Below, in pieces: positions 12,423 to 12,542 of a stretch of DNA of 12,542 bases. The number at the start of each line of letters is the position of its first letter. Within the stretch, counting starts at the first letter, position 1. Under the pieces are notes generated by a model, which saw only the letters and a program-made list of their open reading frames with translations, ran no database searches and was not told where the DNA came from. The position numbers and the translations under genes are program-made. This DNA comes from a virus. The DNA is taken from positions 1-12,542 of the IMG/VR virus record IMGVR_UViG_3300020202_000060; one strand, given 5' to 3'.

Positions 12423-12542
12423 TTAAACGAACCCTTTTTAAATGGGCATTAAAACGAACCCTTTTTAAACCCCCTCCTTCACTTGGATAAAATATAAATA
12501 CGCTACTAGTTTCTTAGCATCGCTTAAAGGTTTTAAGCGTAA
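12416..12542. repeat. Terminal direct repeat, right copy (identical to 1-127)
   Basis: Same 127-nt string as 1-127. The stop codon of the 203-aa ORF (12420-12422) lies inside it. Confidence 0.95.

Noticed and set aside
1-12542. CRISPR array, rRNA genes, complete tRNA genes, transposase/IS elements, or a diversity-generating retroelement near the fibre gene
   Set aside because: There are no regularly spaced repeat-spacer units, no rRNA-like or complete cloverleaf sequence, and no transposase or reverse-transcriptase motifs in any frame.

Overview
The window appears to be one complete small virus genome. Bases 1-127 are identical to 12416-12542, so the unique unit is 12,415 bp, either circular or terminally redundant. 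It carries a compact head-tailed (HK97-type) morphogenesis set: large terminase, portal, a DUF2190-like decoration protein, major capsid protein and a fibre protein with a GDTMTG motif. It also carries a temperate module: a tyrosine integrase, a divergently transcribed 53-aa ribbon-helix-helix (RHH) repressor-like gene missing from the ORF track, and a 41-nt copy of the 3' half of a tRNA-Asp(GUC) gene, the likely attP. A leftward operon of small proteins ends in an Hjc-like Holliday-junction resolvase. Several signals point to an archaeal host. Four TATA boxes each sit exactly 22 nt before an ATG, which implies leaderless transcripts. The tRNA-Asp fragment has archaeal/eukaryal features (G37, 4-nt variable loop, G73, no encoded CCA). 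Hjc and two RHH proteins fit the same picture. No replication protein is recognisable. Two non-coding regions stand out. One is a 570-bp ORF-free region (8901-9474) with a 34-nt alternating purine-pyrimidine (GT) tract, an inverted (AC) tract, a C-rich to G-rich switch, many palindromes and a 48-nt A/T block. The other is a GC-rich structured intergenic element (6690-6884) with a duplicated initiation region and an 11-codon uORF. All functional calls rest on motif recognition by eye; no searches were run.
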